A model generated the notes under the pieces. That model searched no databases. It was not told the origin of the DNA and saw only the letters and a list, made by a program, of their open reading frames with translations. A stretch of DNA of 64,000 nt from a bacterium (GTDB taxonomy: Bacteria > UBA8248). The position numbers were made by a program, and so were the translations under genes. Below are positions 37,198 through 46,873 of this stretch, piece by piece. How positions within the stretch are numbered: the first letter of the stretch is position 1; every line of letters begins with the position of its first letter. The stretch spans positions 3,168,001 through 3,232,000 of the forward strand of contig OZ242260.1 in assembly GCA_965207065.1 (NCBI GenBank). Direction: 5' to 3'.

Positions 37198-37872
37198 ATG
37201 ACTGAAGCGTTGTCCCTGATCGATCTGACGCCCGGCGAAATCGACCGGCTGCCCGCCAGTCTCCGGAGGAGGATCGGTGGTTCCTCGCGCTCGGAGGATT
37301 CCCCGCCCGGCGCCTGGCTCCTCGTGGGCGAACGCACAGAGGGGCGGGCGGAACTGCTAGAACGGGCGCTCGAAATGCTGCCAACACTTGCGGCTGAACG
37401 AGGATATCGGTTATCCGAGGCGAATATCGAGAAAATACTCGACGTCATTCTCTCGGACGCGCCCCGCCCCCGGATCGAGAATGAACTCGAAATCGACAAT
37501 GCCAGGCTGCGCTCCCGGTATATTCAGGAAACGCCCCTTCTGACCGGGGCCGAGGTTCGCGCCGCTTCGGGCTTGAAGCCGCGCAACAAGAGCGAGCCCG
37601 CTTCCCGCTGGAAAAGGGAGGGCAAGCTGTTCGCAGTGCGCCGCTCGGGGATTGACCACTATCCGGCCTTTCAGTTCGCAGACGGCTCGCCGCGGCCGGC
37701 CATCAAGGCGATTCTCGCCGCTTTGCCGAAGGACATGACCGGTTGGCAAATCGCCATGTGGTTCGCATCCGGTAACGGCTGGCTGGACGGCGCAGAACCG
37801 CAGGAACGTCTCTCCGATCCGGACGCCGTCGTCGAAGCGGCCTGCAGTCTGGCTGATCCGGCGGTCGGGTAG
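37198..37872 (+). CDS. Putative antitoxin of a RES-domain TA pair
   Basis: RWKREGKLFAV..YPAFQF...WFASGNGWLDGAEP resembles RES-associated antitoxin C-termini; directly upstream of the RES gene. Confidence 0.7.
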   Translation: MTEALSLIDLTPGEIDRLPASLRRRIGGSSRSEDSPPGAWLLVGERTEGRAELLERALEMLPTLAAERGYRLSEANIEKILDVILSDAPRPRIENELEIDNARLRSRYIQETPLLTGAEVRAASGLKPRNKSEPASRWKREGKLFAVRRSGIDHYPAFQFADGSPRPAIKAILAALPKDMTGWQIAMWFASGNGWLDGAEPQERLSDPDAVVEAACSLADPAVG

Positions 37873-37886
37873 GGCATTTCTCCTGG

Positions 37887-38522
37887 ATGTCGATCCGAAT
37901 ACCCCCGTCTGCGCTCGCAGAGCCTACCCTCGTTTCACTCGAAGCCGGTGCGCTCGTGCACCGGGTGCACGACAGGAATTACGGCGCGGTCGACTTTAAC
38001 CCATGCAGGGGTTCTCCCACGCGCTTCGCTCCCGTCTACGATGCGGCGGGTGAGTGCGTTCCGTCTCTTTACGCGGCCGACACGCTGGAGGCGGCGATCC
38101 ATGAAACGATCTTCCACGATGTTCCCGTAACGGCAAAACGAAAGACCGTTCCCAGGACGCTCGCCCAAAGCCGAGCGCACGCCCGGCTGGAAATCCTGCG
38201 GGATTTGCGCCTCGCCTCCCTGCGCGGCCCCGACCTCAAAAGGTGGCGCATCGGACGCAGTTCGTTGATCGGCGCCTCACCCAAGCTCTATACCGAGACC
38301 GCCCGGTGGGCGAGCGCCATTCACCACCAGTTTCCCGAAGTCCATGGCCTGCTCTGGACCTCGAACCAGTGCGATCCGGACAGTGCATACCTGTTCTTCG
38401 GAGACCGCGTCGCGCCGGAGGATTTCCGAATCCTGAACGCGCGCGATGGATTGTTCGACACGACGTTTCTCTCGGACGTTCGCCAGGCGGGCCGAAGATG
38501 CGGAATCACCATCACGGTGTAG
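37887..38522 (+). CDS. RES-domain toxin (NAD+ phosphorylase family)
   Basis: HRVH, TRF, LYAADTLEAAIHETIFHD, GLLWTS motifs (R-E-S). Confidence 0.85.
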   Translation: MSIRIPPSALAEPTLVSLEAGALVHRVHDRNYGAVDFNPCRGSPTRFAPVYDAAGECVPSLYAADTLEAAIHETIFHDVPVTAKRKTVPRTLAQSRAHARLEILRDLRLASLRGPDLKRWRIGRSSLIGASPKLYTETARWASAIHHQFPEVHGLLWTSNQCDPDSAYLFFGDRVAPEDFRILNARDGLFDTTFLSDVRQAGRRCGITITV

Positions 38523-38580
38523 GTCGACTTTTTCTTTTCTTGTCGTTTGGCCTGCCGAGGAGAGAGGGTTATCGGTTCGC

Positions 38581-38850
38581 CGTAGCGGACAGGCCCCTGC
38601 GCCTGTCCGTGCTCCTGCGCCTGTCCGAGGCCTCCGCGCCTGTCCTGACGATGGGCAATCACGGGTATAGGCATATCCCATCTACGGACGGCCACGGGGG
38701 GCCGCCCCTACAATAGATTCGATGGTCACATGCGTAGGGGCGGACCGACGCGTCCGCCTTGCGTCGTTCGCTCGTCAACGTATTTGTAGGGGCTGGATGT
38801 TCAGCGTAGGGACAGGCCCCTGTGCCTGTCCGGGGTCGTGACCTGTCCAA
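38581..38850. repeat. Cluster of GTAG-type REP-like palindromes
   Basis: Several GTAG(C/G)GGACAGG / CCTGTCC and GGCCGCCCCTAC units, similar to 55776-55915. Confidence 0.7.
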
Positions 38851-38999
38851 GCCCGCTCCCCGTGCCGTCGCCGCAGACCCTGAAAGGAACAATAACTCTC
38901 AAAATTCCGCCTTCCCGCCCCGCCGGGCGTTGCTTCCCCGCGAAAATTCCCGTATCCCCTTGAACCAGAGCTTGATGAGGTTGGCGCAAAGCGGGGAGT

Positions 39000-40124
39000 A
39001 TGAACGTGTATATCCTGGGCGTGGAAACGAGTTGCGACGAGACGGCGGCGGCCGTTTTGGAGTTCGAGGCTGGTTCCACCCCCCGTGTCGCTTCCAACGT
39101 CGTGGCCTCGCAGCACGAGATCCACGAGAAATACGGCGGCGTGGTCCCCGAACTCGCGGCCCGCCGCCACGTGGAGATGATAGCGCCCGTCCTGGAGGCT
39201 GCCTTGGAAGAAGCCTCGGTTTCGGCGGAAAAAATCGACGCCGTGGCGGTCACGCGCGGCCCCGGCCTGGTGGTGGCCCTGCTCGTGGGCCTCTCCGCGG
39301 CGAAGGGACTGGCGTTTGGCCTGGGCGTTCCGCTCATCGATGTCCATCATCTCGACGGGCACGTTCACTCGCTGTTTCTGCCGGCGGAAGACGGGAGCGC
39401 AGCACCTCCCCCGTTCCCGCATCTGGGCTTCGTGGTATCGGGTGGGCACACGGATTTCTACCGCGTGGACGGGCATTCCGGGGTAACGCACCTGGGCGGC
39501 ACGCTGGATGACGCCTTGGGCGAGGCCTACGACAAGGTGGCGGCCATCATGGGGCTGGGCTATCCGGGCGGTCCCATCGTCGATCGCCTGCACGCGAAGT
39601 TTCTGGAGGCGAACGGGAGCGGCGCCGCTCCGGTCGAGTTCCCCCGGCCGCATCTGGCGGACAGGCCCTACGCCTTCAGCTTCAGCGGGTTGAAAACGGC
39701 TGTGTTAAACTACCAGAAAGAACGAGGGCTGTACCTGAGCGATAGGAACCTCCCCCCCTGGGCGCGTCCCCAGGAAGTCCCCGAAGAGGTGGCTTGCGCC
39801 GTGGCCGCGGGTTTTCAGGAGGCGGCGGTGGAGGTCCTGGTGGAGAAGGTGAGCAGGGTGGTTCGCCGGGAAAAGCTGCCCGCCGTCTCCGTGAGCGGGG
39901 GCGTGGCCGCGAACTCGTATCTTCGCAGGAAGCTGGGCGAGCGGGCGTCGCAAGAGGACTGGTCGCTCCATTTCCCCGCGCGCAAATACTGCACGGACAA
40001 CGCCGCCATGATCGCCTGCGCGGGCGGCTTCAGGCTCAGGGAACGCGGGCGCGAGGCATTCATGGATTTCACCGATCTGGATGCGGACCCTTCCTGGGAA
40101 CTGGGAGATGCGTCGGATGGATAG
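39000..40124 (+). CDS. tsaD: tRNA N6-adenosine threonylcarbamoyltransferase
   Basis: ILGVETSCDETAAA, GGVVPELAARRH, HHLDGH, DDALGEAYDK, CTDNAAMI. Confidence 0.96.
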   Translation: MNVYILGVETSCDETAAAVLEFEAGSTPRVASNVVASQHEIHEKYGGVVPELAARRHVEMIAPVLEAALEEASVSAEKIDAVAVTRGPGLVVALLVGLSAAKGLAFGLGVPLIDVHHLDGHVHSLFLPAEDGSAAPPPFPHLGFVVSGGHTDFYRVDGHSGVTHLGGTLDDALGEAYDKVAAIMGLGYPGGPIVDRLHAKFLEANGSGAAPVEFPRPHLADRPYAFSFSGLKTAVLNYQKERGLYLSDRNLPPWARPQEVPEEVACAVAAGFQEAAVEVLVEKVSRVVRREKLPAVSVSGGVAANSYLRRKLGERASQEDWSLHFPARKYCTDNAAMIACAGGFRLRERGREAFMDFTDLDADPSWELGDASDG

Positions 40125-40145
40125 CGTTTTAGAGAGGATGAACTG

Positions 40146-41243
40146 ATGCGCCCAGAAGAAGCGGGCCCGAGCGTAAATGAGGAGAGGCTTGAGGCCGTTC
40201 CCCCGCCGCCCGAGGGTTTCGATGCGCCCCTGGAGATCGGCGGGGTGAAGATCGAGAACCGCCTCGTCATGGCGCCCATGGCGGGTTATACGAATCTGCC
40301 CTTCCGCACGCTGGTCAAGGCGCACGGCGCAGGCATGGTGGCCACCGAGATGGTGAGCAGCCAGGCCTTGGTGCGGCGGCACCAGAAGACGTATGACCTG
40401 ATGCGAAACGACGCGGCGGAAAAGCCGGTCTCCATCCAGCTTTTCGGCGCGGATCCGGCCCAGATGGGCGAGGCGGCGGCCATCGTGGAAGAAGCGGGTG
40501 CCGACATCGTCGATCTCAACTGCGGATGCCCCGTCAAGAAGATAACGAAAAACCAGGCGGGCTCATCGCTGCTCAGGTACCCCGAGCGGGCGCACGAGAT
40601 CGTCTCCGCCATGGTTCGCGCCGTGCGCATTCCCGTGACGGTGAAGATGCGCACCGGCTGGGACACCGTAGAGCGGAACTCTGCGGAGGTCTTCGCCAGG
40701 GCGGTGGAAGACGCGGGCGCAAAGGCCATCACCGTGCACGGCAGGACCCGGCAGGCCATGTTCAGCGGCGCGGTGGACCTGGACGCCATCGCGCGGGTCA
40801 AGCGCGCAGTCAGGGTACCCGTCCTGGGGAACGGGAGCATCCTGAGTCCTCAGGACGCGATCGCCATGATTCGCCGCACCGGCGTGGACGCCCTGATGAT
40901 CGGGCGCGGCGCGGTCGGCAATCCGTGGATTTTCTCGCGCCTGCTCCACTGGCTAAAAACCGGAGAATTGCCCGCACCGCCCGGCTTGGCCGAGAAGAAG
41001 AACATGGCGATTCGCCACCTGGGGCTCCTCCGAGAGGTGCTGGGCGAGCGGCTCGCCGCCTTCCACTCCCGGAAGCATCTGCCCGCCTACACGAAGGGCC
41101 TTCGGGGAGGCTCGGCGATGCGCGAAAGGGTGAACCGGCTGGAGGATATGGACGCCGTACTCCGCGAGGTGGAGGCTTTCTTCGATAATCTGGCCTTGCG
41201 CTCCCGGATGATCGGGGCAGGGGAGAGCGCTCATGCGGCTTGA
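40146..41243 (+). CDS. dusB: tRNA-dihydrouridine synthase (DusB-like)
   Basis: MAPMAG, QLFG, DLNCGCP, TVKMRTGW, HGRTR, IGRGAVGNPW. Confidence 0.88.
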   Translation: MRPEEAGPSVNEERLEAVPPPPEGFDAPLEIGGVKIENRLVMAPMAGYTNLPFRTLVKAHGAGMVATEMVSSQALVRRHQKTYDLMRNDAAEKPVSIQLFGADPAQMGEAAAIVEEAGADIVDLNCGCPVKKITKNQAGSSLLRYPERAHEIVSAMVRAVRIPVTVKMRTGWDTVERNSAEVFARAVEDAGAKAITVHGRTRQAMFSGAVDLDAIARVKRAVRVPVLGNGSILSPQDAIAMIRRTGVDALMIGRGAVGNPWIFSRLLHWLKTGELPAPPGLAEKKNMAIRHLGLLREVLGERLAAFHSRKHLPAYTKGLRGGSAMRERVNRLEDMDAVLREVEAFFDNLALRSRMIGAGESAHAA

Positions 41244-42015
41244 GGGCAGACGCGCCTTCGTTACCGGCGGAGGTCGTGGCATCGGGCGCGCCATCGCGCT
41301 CAAATTCGCAGAGGCGGGCGCGGACGTGGCCGTCGCCGCGAGAACGCGTGCCGAAATCGACGCTGTCGCCGGGGAAATACAGGAAACGGGGCGGCGCTCA
41401 TTGGCGATTCCCTGCGATGTGGGCGACTCCAAAGAGGTGGACGAAGCCGTTCAGCAAACGAGCCGGGAGCTGGGCGGCGTGGACGTCCTGGTCGCCAACG
41501 CGGGCGCGCTCGTACACGCGCCGCTGGGCGAGACCACCGACGCCCTTTGGGACGAAATGATGCGCGTGAACCTGAATGGCGCCTTCTACGCCTTTCGCGC
41601 GGCGATCGGCGGGATGAGCGAGCGCGGCTGGGGCCGCCTCATCGCGATCAGCTCGGTGTCGGGCAAGATCGGCGGGCCGAACCGCAGCGCCTACCACGCG
41701 GCGAAACACGGCGTCCTGGGCCTGGTCCGCTCGGTGGCGCTCGAAGCGGCGGCGGCGGGCGTCACCGTGAACGCGATTTGCCCCGGCTTCGTGGAAACGG
41801 GAATGGTCGCCACATTTCGGGAAGGTCTAGCCGAACAAACCGAGGGTGGAGAAAGCGCGGAGGAGGCGATGAATCGCTACCGGGACGAGGTCCCCATGGG
41901 GCGCTTCCTGGCGCCCGAGGAGATCGCCGCGATGGCCTTGTACCTCGCGAGCGAGGAGGCGGGCGGCATCACCGGGCAGGCCTACACCATCTCCTGCGGC
42001 GCGATTCAGATCTGA
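41233..42015 (+). CDS. SDR-family oxidoreductase
   Basis: TGGGRGIG, NAG, YHAAK, NAICPG. Confidence 0.93.
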   Translation: MRLEGRRAFVTGGGRGIGRAIALKFAEAGADVAVAARTRAEIDAVAGEIQETGRRSLAIPCDVGDSKEVDEAVQQTSRELGGVDVLVANAGALVHAPLGETTDALWDEMMRVNLNGAFYAFRAAIGGMSERGWGRLIAISSVSGKIGGPNRSAYHAAKHGVLGLVRSVALEAAAAGVTVNAICPGFVETGMVATFREGLAEQTEGGESAEEAMNRYRDEVPMGRFLAPEEIAAMALYLASEEAGGITGQAYTISCGAIQI

Positions 42016-42033
42016 GGGAAAACGCGGCCTGTA

Positions 42034-42591
42034 GGGGACTGTTGAAAAAGCCCTTGAGTGGGTAAAGGCAACCCCCCCTACCCCCCCTTGTCAGGGGGGC
42101 AAGAAAAAGCAAAACCCCCTCTGCCCGGCGGGGGCGCATCGCCTTTTTATACCCCCCTGACAAGGGGGGGTAGGGGGGGGTGGTTTTCCAGTCGAGCGGG
42201 GTGTCTCCTCTATCCCTGAAAAGTCCTCCTCGCTCGGAACCGACCACCGCCGTCATTCCGGCTTTCGCCGGAATCCAGGGACTTTGCCTTTGTTTTTTAT
42301 TTCTTTTGCACTCCCGCCAATGAATGGAGGATGAAAAATCGGAGCCCCGCCATTCTCCTCGGCTCTGGATTCCGGCATGCGCCGGAATGACGATCAAAAA
42401 CCGCATTCACCCGTAGAGGCGGCCCACCGTGGCCGCCCCTATCGGATATATCCATCCCCGTGGTTGCGCTTCGCAGGGATAGGCGGCGGGGGCATCGAAC
42501 TGGTCACGACCTCGGACAGGCGCGGAGGCCTGTCCCTACGGGGTCATCACGTCGTCGACCGGGGAGATAAATGGGTTTTTCAACAACCCCC
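42034..42591. mobile_element. MITE-like composite element with nested palindromic repeats
   Basis: Terminal IRs GGGGACTGTTGAAAAAGCCC / GGGTTTTTCAACAACCCCC enclosing three repeat families; no transposase. Confidence 0.6.
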
Positions 42592-42615
42592 GGATGTTCC
42601 GGCTTTTGCTTCCCC

Positions 42616-44640
42616 TCACTGCGTCGGCGGCGGCGGGGAGAGCAGGGCGTTTTCGCCCGGGCGCGCGCCTCCTGCGAACGTCCGGTGCGGCGCGACCATC
42701 TGAAGGTGGCGGATTTTCTTCTTCTCGACCGACAGCACGAACAACTGGCGGCGCGCGTCGTTGTCGGCTCCCATGTCCGTCAGCCCCATGACGCCCTCGA
42801 ATCCCCTGAGGGAGGCGAGGTACCGCCTGACGCCATCCCGCGTCTTCGCCCCCGCTGCGATCGCCGAGAAGATGATTTGCGCCGCGTCGTAGCCCAGGGC
42901 CGAGAAAATGTCCGGCGTGCGGCCGAAAATGCTCTTGAAATCGTTCACGAAACGCGCCACCTTGGGCTCCGTAGAGTCTGCGAAGAATCCATCGACGAAG
43001 ACCGCGCCTTCCACGTAGCGTTCCCCGTGTTCGAGCAGGCGGGGGTCGTTCCACCCGCTGCCGCCCAGGAGTCTGACCGCGCGCATGTTGTAGAAGAGGA
43101 CCTGCGGCGCGATGAGCACCGCTTCCTCGTGGCGGACGGGTACGAAGAGCGCCTCGAAGTTCAGCGGGATTTGATACGGGTCCGACCTGCCCAGACCCAG
43201 CGAGCGTTTCCTCCTTCTCAATTGGCGGTCGTCCATGCCGCCGAGCGCCAGCATCTGCGACCTGAAGTCGGTGGCGTTTTCGGGGAACGAAACGATTTTG
43301 ACGACCTCGCCCCCCAGGTTCTCCACCGCCTGGGTGAAGGCGTCGGTCAACTCTATCCCGTCGCGATCCGCCGGGTAGAGGACGGCGAAGCGCCGTACCC
43401 CGAGATAGCGGATGGCGTAGGAAGCGACGCCCTGGGCCTGGAGGCGGTTCGTGAGCGTATTGCGGAACACCCAGGGGAAATCGGGCCTCATGCGCATCCG
43501 GAGCGCAAACGGGGTGAGCATGGGGATTTTCCGGCGGTTCGCGACTTGGGCTGCGCCTTCCGCCGCCTCGGAGATGAGCGGGCCGATGAGGGCGAGGGCC
43601 TTTTCTTTCTCGATGAGTTCGGCGGCCACTTTCGCCGCGTCGCCCGCGGATTGCGCCGTGCTTTTCGTATCGCGGACAGCGAGCTGAACCCGCAAGTTGG
43701 GGTATTTCGCCAGACTGTGCCGGAGCGCCAGTCGAATGCCGTCATAGACGCGCCCGCCCGCGGCGCCCAGGGCGCCCGATAGCGGGAGCATGATGCCCAC
43801 GCGCCCCGAATAGACGGCCATGGGCACATTCGCTTCCTCTGCTGCGCTTTTTGGGGGCGCATCGTCTCGTGCGGCTTTGTCGGGTTTCTCCTGTTGCTCG
43901 CGATCCGACAGGGCCGCTTGCAGATACATCCATGCAGGCGTGCCGGCGAATTTCTCGGCCGCCGTGCGAAGCCGGTGCGGCGCGATTTCTCCCGCCAGCG
44001 CCTCGATGCGCCCGATGAGAATCTTCTTCCCGAAAATTTTCCGGTCGCTCCTCAAGGCGCGCGCGTAGGAGAGCAGGGCGGGGAAGGGTTCGCCCCGCAT
44101 TTCATAGACTGCTCCCAGGGAGGCTTCGAGCAGCGCGCGTCTTTCGGGGCTGGTCTCCTTGCTCAGGCTGCTTCTCAGGGAAATCCACGCCTCATCGTGC
44201 CGGTCGGCGGCCTGGAGGGCGAGACCGCGATAAAACACGCTCTCCGTATACAGGGGTGAGAGGGGAAACTTCTCCTGGAGTTGTTCGAGGCTTTGCGCCG
44301 CGGATTCCAGCTCACCGCGCGCGAGTTGGTGTTTTGCGATGCCAAGCAGCGTCTTGTCGGCGTCGGTGGCGGCTGGATTTCTCTCATATTTCGCTCTCAG
44401 CCCGGCCACAGGCGTCCGGGGCGGCGTCGGGGCGGGGGCCGACCAGTTTCCGGAGCCTGCGGCCAGTGCCTTTTGCGCAGCGGGCTCTGGCGTCGGCGGG
44501 GTTTCGGCCTTCGTTTCTGATGCGGGCATGCGAACGGCGGGCTTGGGCGCGGTCTCTGAGCCTGTGTCCAGCTTGCATCCGGTGAAGAGGGATGCGGCGA
44601 GTACGGCGAAGAGCATGAATCTGAATGTGACGGTGGACAT
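42616..44640 (-). CDS. LpoA/LppC-like penicillin-binding protein activator lipoprotein (TPR + periplasmic binding fold)
   Basis: Lipobox FTG-C; TPRs; VGIMLPLSG, LIGPL, ALGYDA. Confidence 0.8.
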   Translation of the reverse strand: MSTVTFRFMLFAVLAASLFTGCKLDTGSETAPKPAVRMPASETKAETPPTPEPAAQKALAAGSGNWSAPAPTPPRTPVAGLRAKYERNPAATDADKTLLGIAKHQLARGELESAAQSLEQLQEKFPLSPLYTESVFYRGLALQAADRHDEAWISLRSSLSKETSPERRALLEASLGAVYEMRGEPFPALLSYARALRSDRKIFGKKILIGRIEALAGEIAPHRLRTAAEKFAGTPAWMYLQAALSDREQQEKPDKAARDDAPPKSAAEEANVPMAVYSGRVGIMLPLSGALGAAGGRVYDGIRLALRHSLAKYPNLRVQLAVRDTKSTAQSAGDAAKVAAELIEKEKALALIGPLISEAAEGAAQVANRRKIPMLTPFALRMRMRPDFPWVFRNTLTNRLQAQGVASYAIRYLGVRRFAVLYPADRDGIELTDAFTQAVENLGGEVVKIVSFPENATDFRSQMLALGGMDDRQLRRRKRSLGLGRSDPYQIPLNFEALFVPVRHEEAVLIAPQVLFYNMRAVRLLGGSGWNDPRLLEHGERYVEGAVFVDGFFADSTEPKVARFVNDFKSIFGRTPDIFSALGYDAAQIIFSAIAAGAKTRDGVRRYLASLRGFEGVMGLTDMGADNDARRQLFVLSVEKKKIRHLQMVAPHRTFAGGARPGENALLSPPPPTQ

Positions 44641-44771
44641 TTTTTTCTCTAGGGCGGACTGGGTCTCACGCGAGGGTAGGAATTGATGCGCGAAGTGTCA
44701 AGGGTGCGTGAAACGTAAGGGTTGGGTTAAACTCACAACGATACGATATTATTCGTTTTCTCCCGCCGTGG

Positions 44772-45800
44772 ATGCAGCCGTTGAGCGAGCCAACAGGAAA
44801 TTTCGGGGTGGGCGGCCGCCCTCTCCAACCGGTTCCTCGCAAGGAACAAGCGCCGGATGAGCGCGTGGGTGGTTTCCGGTCTGAAGGGGAGACATTCCCG
44901 TTCCCCGCGAAAGACGAAAGCCCCGACGCATTTTTCGAGAGCATGGCCCGGAAGCGGGTGTCCCCGTGGAGAAATGTCGGGATTCCCGCGTTGATGTTCG
45001 TACTGACGTTGCTTTCCACCTTGATGGCGGGCGCGCTCCAGCGCGGCTTTGCGCCGGACGCCGTCTTTTACCGGCCGGCGGCGCTTCTGGCCGGGCTCCC
45101 TTTTTCGCTGACGCTGCTCCTGATCCTCGGCGCGCACGAGATGGGCCATTACGTCGCGAGCAGGAGGTGGGGGGTGGACGCGTCGCTGCCCTATTTCCTG
45201 CCGGCCCCCTCCCTGCTGGGGACGTTCGGCGCTGTCATCCGCATACGCGGCGGCATCCTGAACCGGAACGCGCTGATGGACGTGGCCGTGGCGGGGCCGC
45301 TGGCCGGTCTGGCCGCAGCGGTTCCGGCGCTCATCATCGGGTTGATGATGTCCAGGCTCGCGCCCGGTGGCGGATCGCTCGGTATCGGGCTGGGAACGCC
45401 CCTTCTGTTCGACGGCCTCGCGTGGCTGGTTCATGGCCCCATCCCCAAGGGCCAGACCATCCTCCTCCACCCGGTGGCCTTCGCCGGCTGGTGCGGGTTG
45501 CTGGTGACGTCGCTCAATCTCATCCCCGCCGGGCAACTCGACGGAGGCCACGTCATCTACACGCTTCTCGGGAGGTGGCACGCGAAGATATCGCTCGCCG
45601 TGGGTCTCGTCCTTCTGGTGATGGGGTACTGGTGGCCCGGCTGGGTTTTCTGGAGCGTGATCGTGCTCGCGCTGGGCCGGCGGCATCCACAGCTCATGGA
45701 CGAGTGGGAGCCTCTGACGCGCAAGAGGCGTATTTGGGGATTTGCGTGTATGATGCTCCTGGTTTGTACGTTCACCCTGACGCCCGTTCGGCTGTTTTAG
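44772..45800 (+). CDS. Site-2 (M50) membrane metalloprotease
   Basis: HEMGH, AGPLAG, NLIPAGQLDGGH; start uncertain. Confidence 0.9.
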   Translation: MQPLSEPTGNFGVGGRPLQPVPRKEQAPDERVGGFRSEGETFPFPAKDESPDAFFESMARKRVSPWRNVGIPALMFVLTLLSTLMAGALQRGFAPDAVFYRPAALLAGLPFSLTLLLILGAHEMGHYVASRRWGVDASLPYFLPAPSLLGTFGAVIRIRGGILNRNALMDVAVAGPLAGLAAAVPALIIGLMMSRLAPGGGSLGIGLGTPLLFDGLAWLVHGPIPKGQTILLHPVAFAGWCGLLVTSLNLIPAGQLDGGHVIYTLLGRWHAKISLAVGLVLLVMGYWWPGWVFWSVIVLALGRRHPQLMDEWEPLTRKRRIWGFACMMLLVCTFTLTPVRLF

Positions 45801-45823
45801 CCTGTTTCTGGTAGAGAACCACC

Positions 45824-46873
45824 GTGTCCGACGATTCCATGCCATTGGCCATCGATATCGGGAGTTCCGCCGTCAAGGTGGTGAAGCTCGAAAGGAAAGA
45901 GGAGCGCCTCTTCCTCTCGCGGCTGGGTGCGGTATCTCTCGCGCCGGGCGCCGTTCATGGCGGCTTCGTGCATGACCCCGAGGAGGTCGGGCGGGCGCTG
46001 GCGGTGTTGCTCCCCGCCGGGGAGGAGGAAAGGAAGGTGGTCGTGGCGCTGTCGGGGAGGGCGGCCATGGTGCGGACGGTGCTCCTGCCCGCCGAAGAAG
46101 ATTTTCCCGTCGTCGACGCCATCGAAGCCGAAGCGATGCAGGTGCTGCCGTATCCCCTGGAAGAGGTGCGCCTGTCTCACCTGCGGATCGGCCAGATCGA
46201 AAAACGAACCGAGCGGCTGGACGAGTACCTGATGATCGCCGTGAGGCGCGAGCCACTCGATGCGCTGCTGGCTTTTCTGAAGCGGGTTCGTTGCGAGCCC
46301 GTCATCGTCGACGTGAACTTCCTGGCGATGGAAAGCGCCTTCGAACTCTCCGGAATGCGCGAGGAAGGGGAGATCACCGCCCTGGTGGATATCGGCGGCT
46401 ACGAGACGCTGGTGAACGTTGTGTGCGACGAGCACACCCTGATTACCAGGGCGGTGCCTTTCGGCGGAGAGGAATTGACGAGATTGCTGTCGAATCGTCT
46501 GGAAGTCTCCCGTCAGGAGGCGGAGGCCGTCAAGCGGGGAGAGGCGACCGCCGCCGACCCTGACGCCCTGGAAGACGCTGTGCGGCTGGAAGCGCAAAAG
46601 CTGGCTTTCGAACTGGACAGGACGTTTCGGCTCATGTGGCCGATTACGCCCGCCCCGCAGGTGGAGCGCGTGGTCCTCTCGGGCGGCGGCGCGCTGCTCG
46701 AAGGGCTTCCGGAGCATTTGGCAGAGGCGCTCGATGCCCCCGTGGAAATTCTGGATCCCTTCCGCCACGTGGAAGCGTCCGAAGAGGAGTTCGATTCGGA
46801 CCTCCTGGAATCTCGCGCACCCGCCTCAGCCATCGGCGCGGGGCTGGCGTATCGCGCGGTGGAGTATGTATGA
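45824..46873 (+). CDS. pilM: Type IV pilus assembly protein PilM-like (actin fold)
   Basis: AIDIGSSAVKVV, LVDIGG, VVLSGGGA, ILDPF, AGLAYR. Confidence 0.8.
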   Translation: MSDDSMPLAIDIGSSAVKVVKLERKEERLFLSRLGAVSLAPGAVHGGFVHDPEEVGRALAVLLPAGEEERKVVVALSGRAAMVRTVLLPAEEDFPVVDAIEAEAMQVLPYPLEEVRLSHLRIGQIEKRTERLDEYLMIAVRREPLDALLAFLKRVRCEPVIVDVNFLAMESAFELSGMREEGEITALVDIGGYETLVNVVCDEHTLITRAVPFGGEELTRLLSNRLEVSRQEAEAVKRGEATAADPDALEDAVRLEAQKLAFELDRTFRLMWPITPAPQVERVVLSGGGALLEGLPEHLAEALDAPVEILDPFRHVEASEEEFDSDLLESRAPASAIGAGLAYRAVEYV

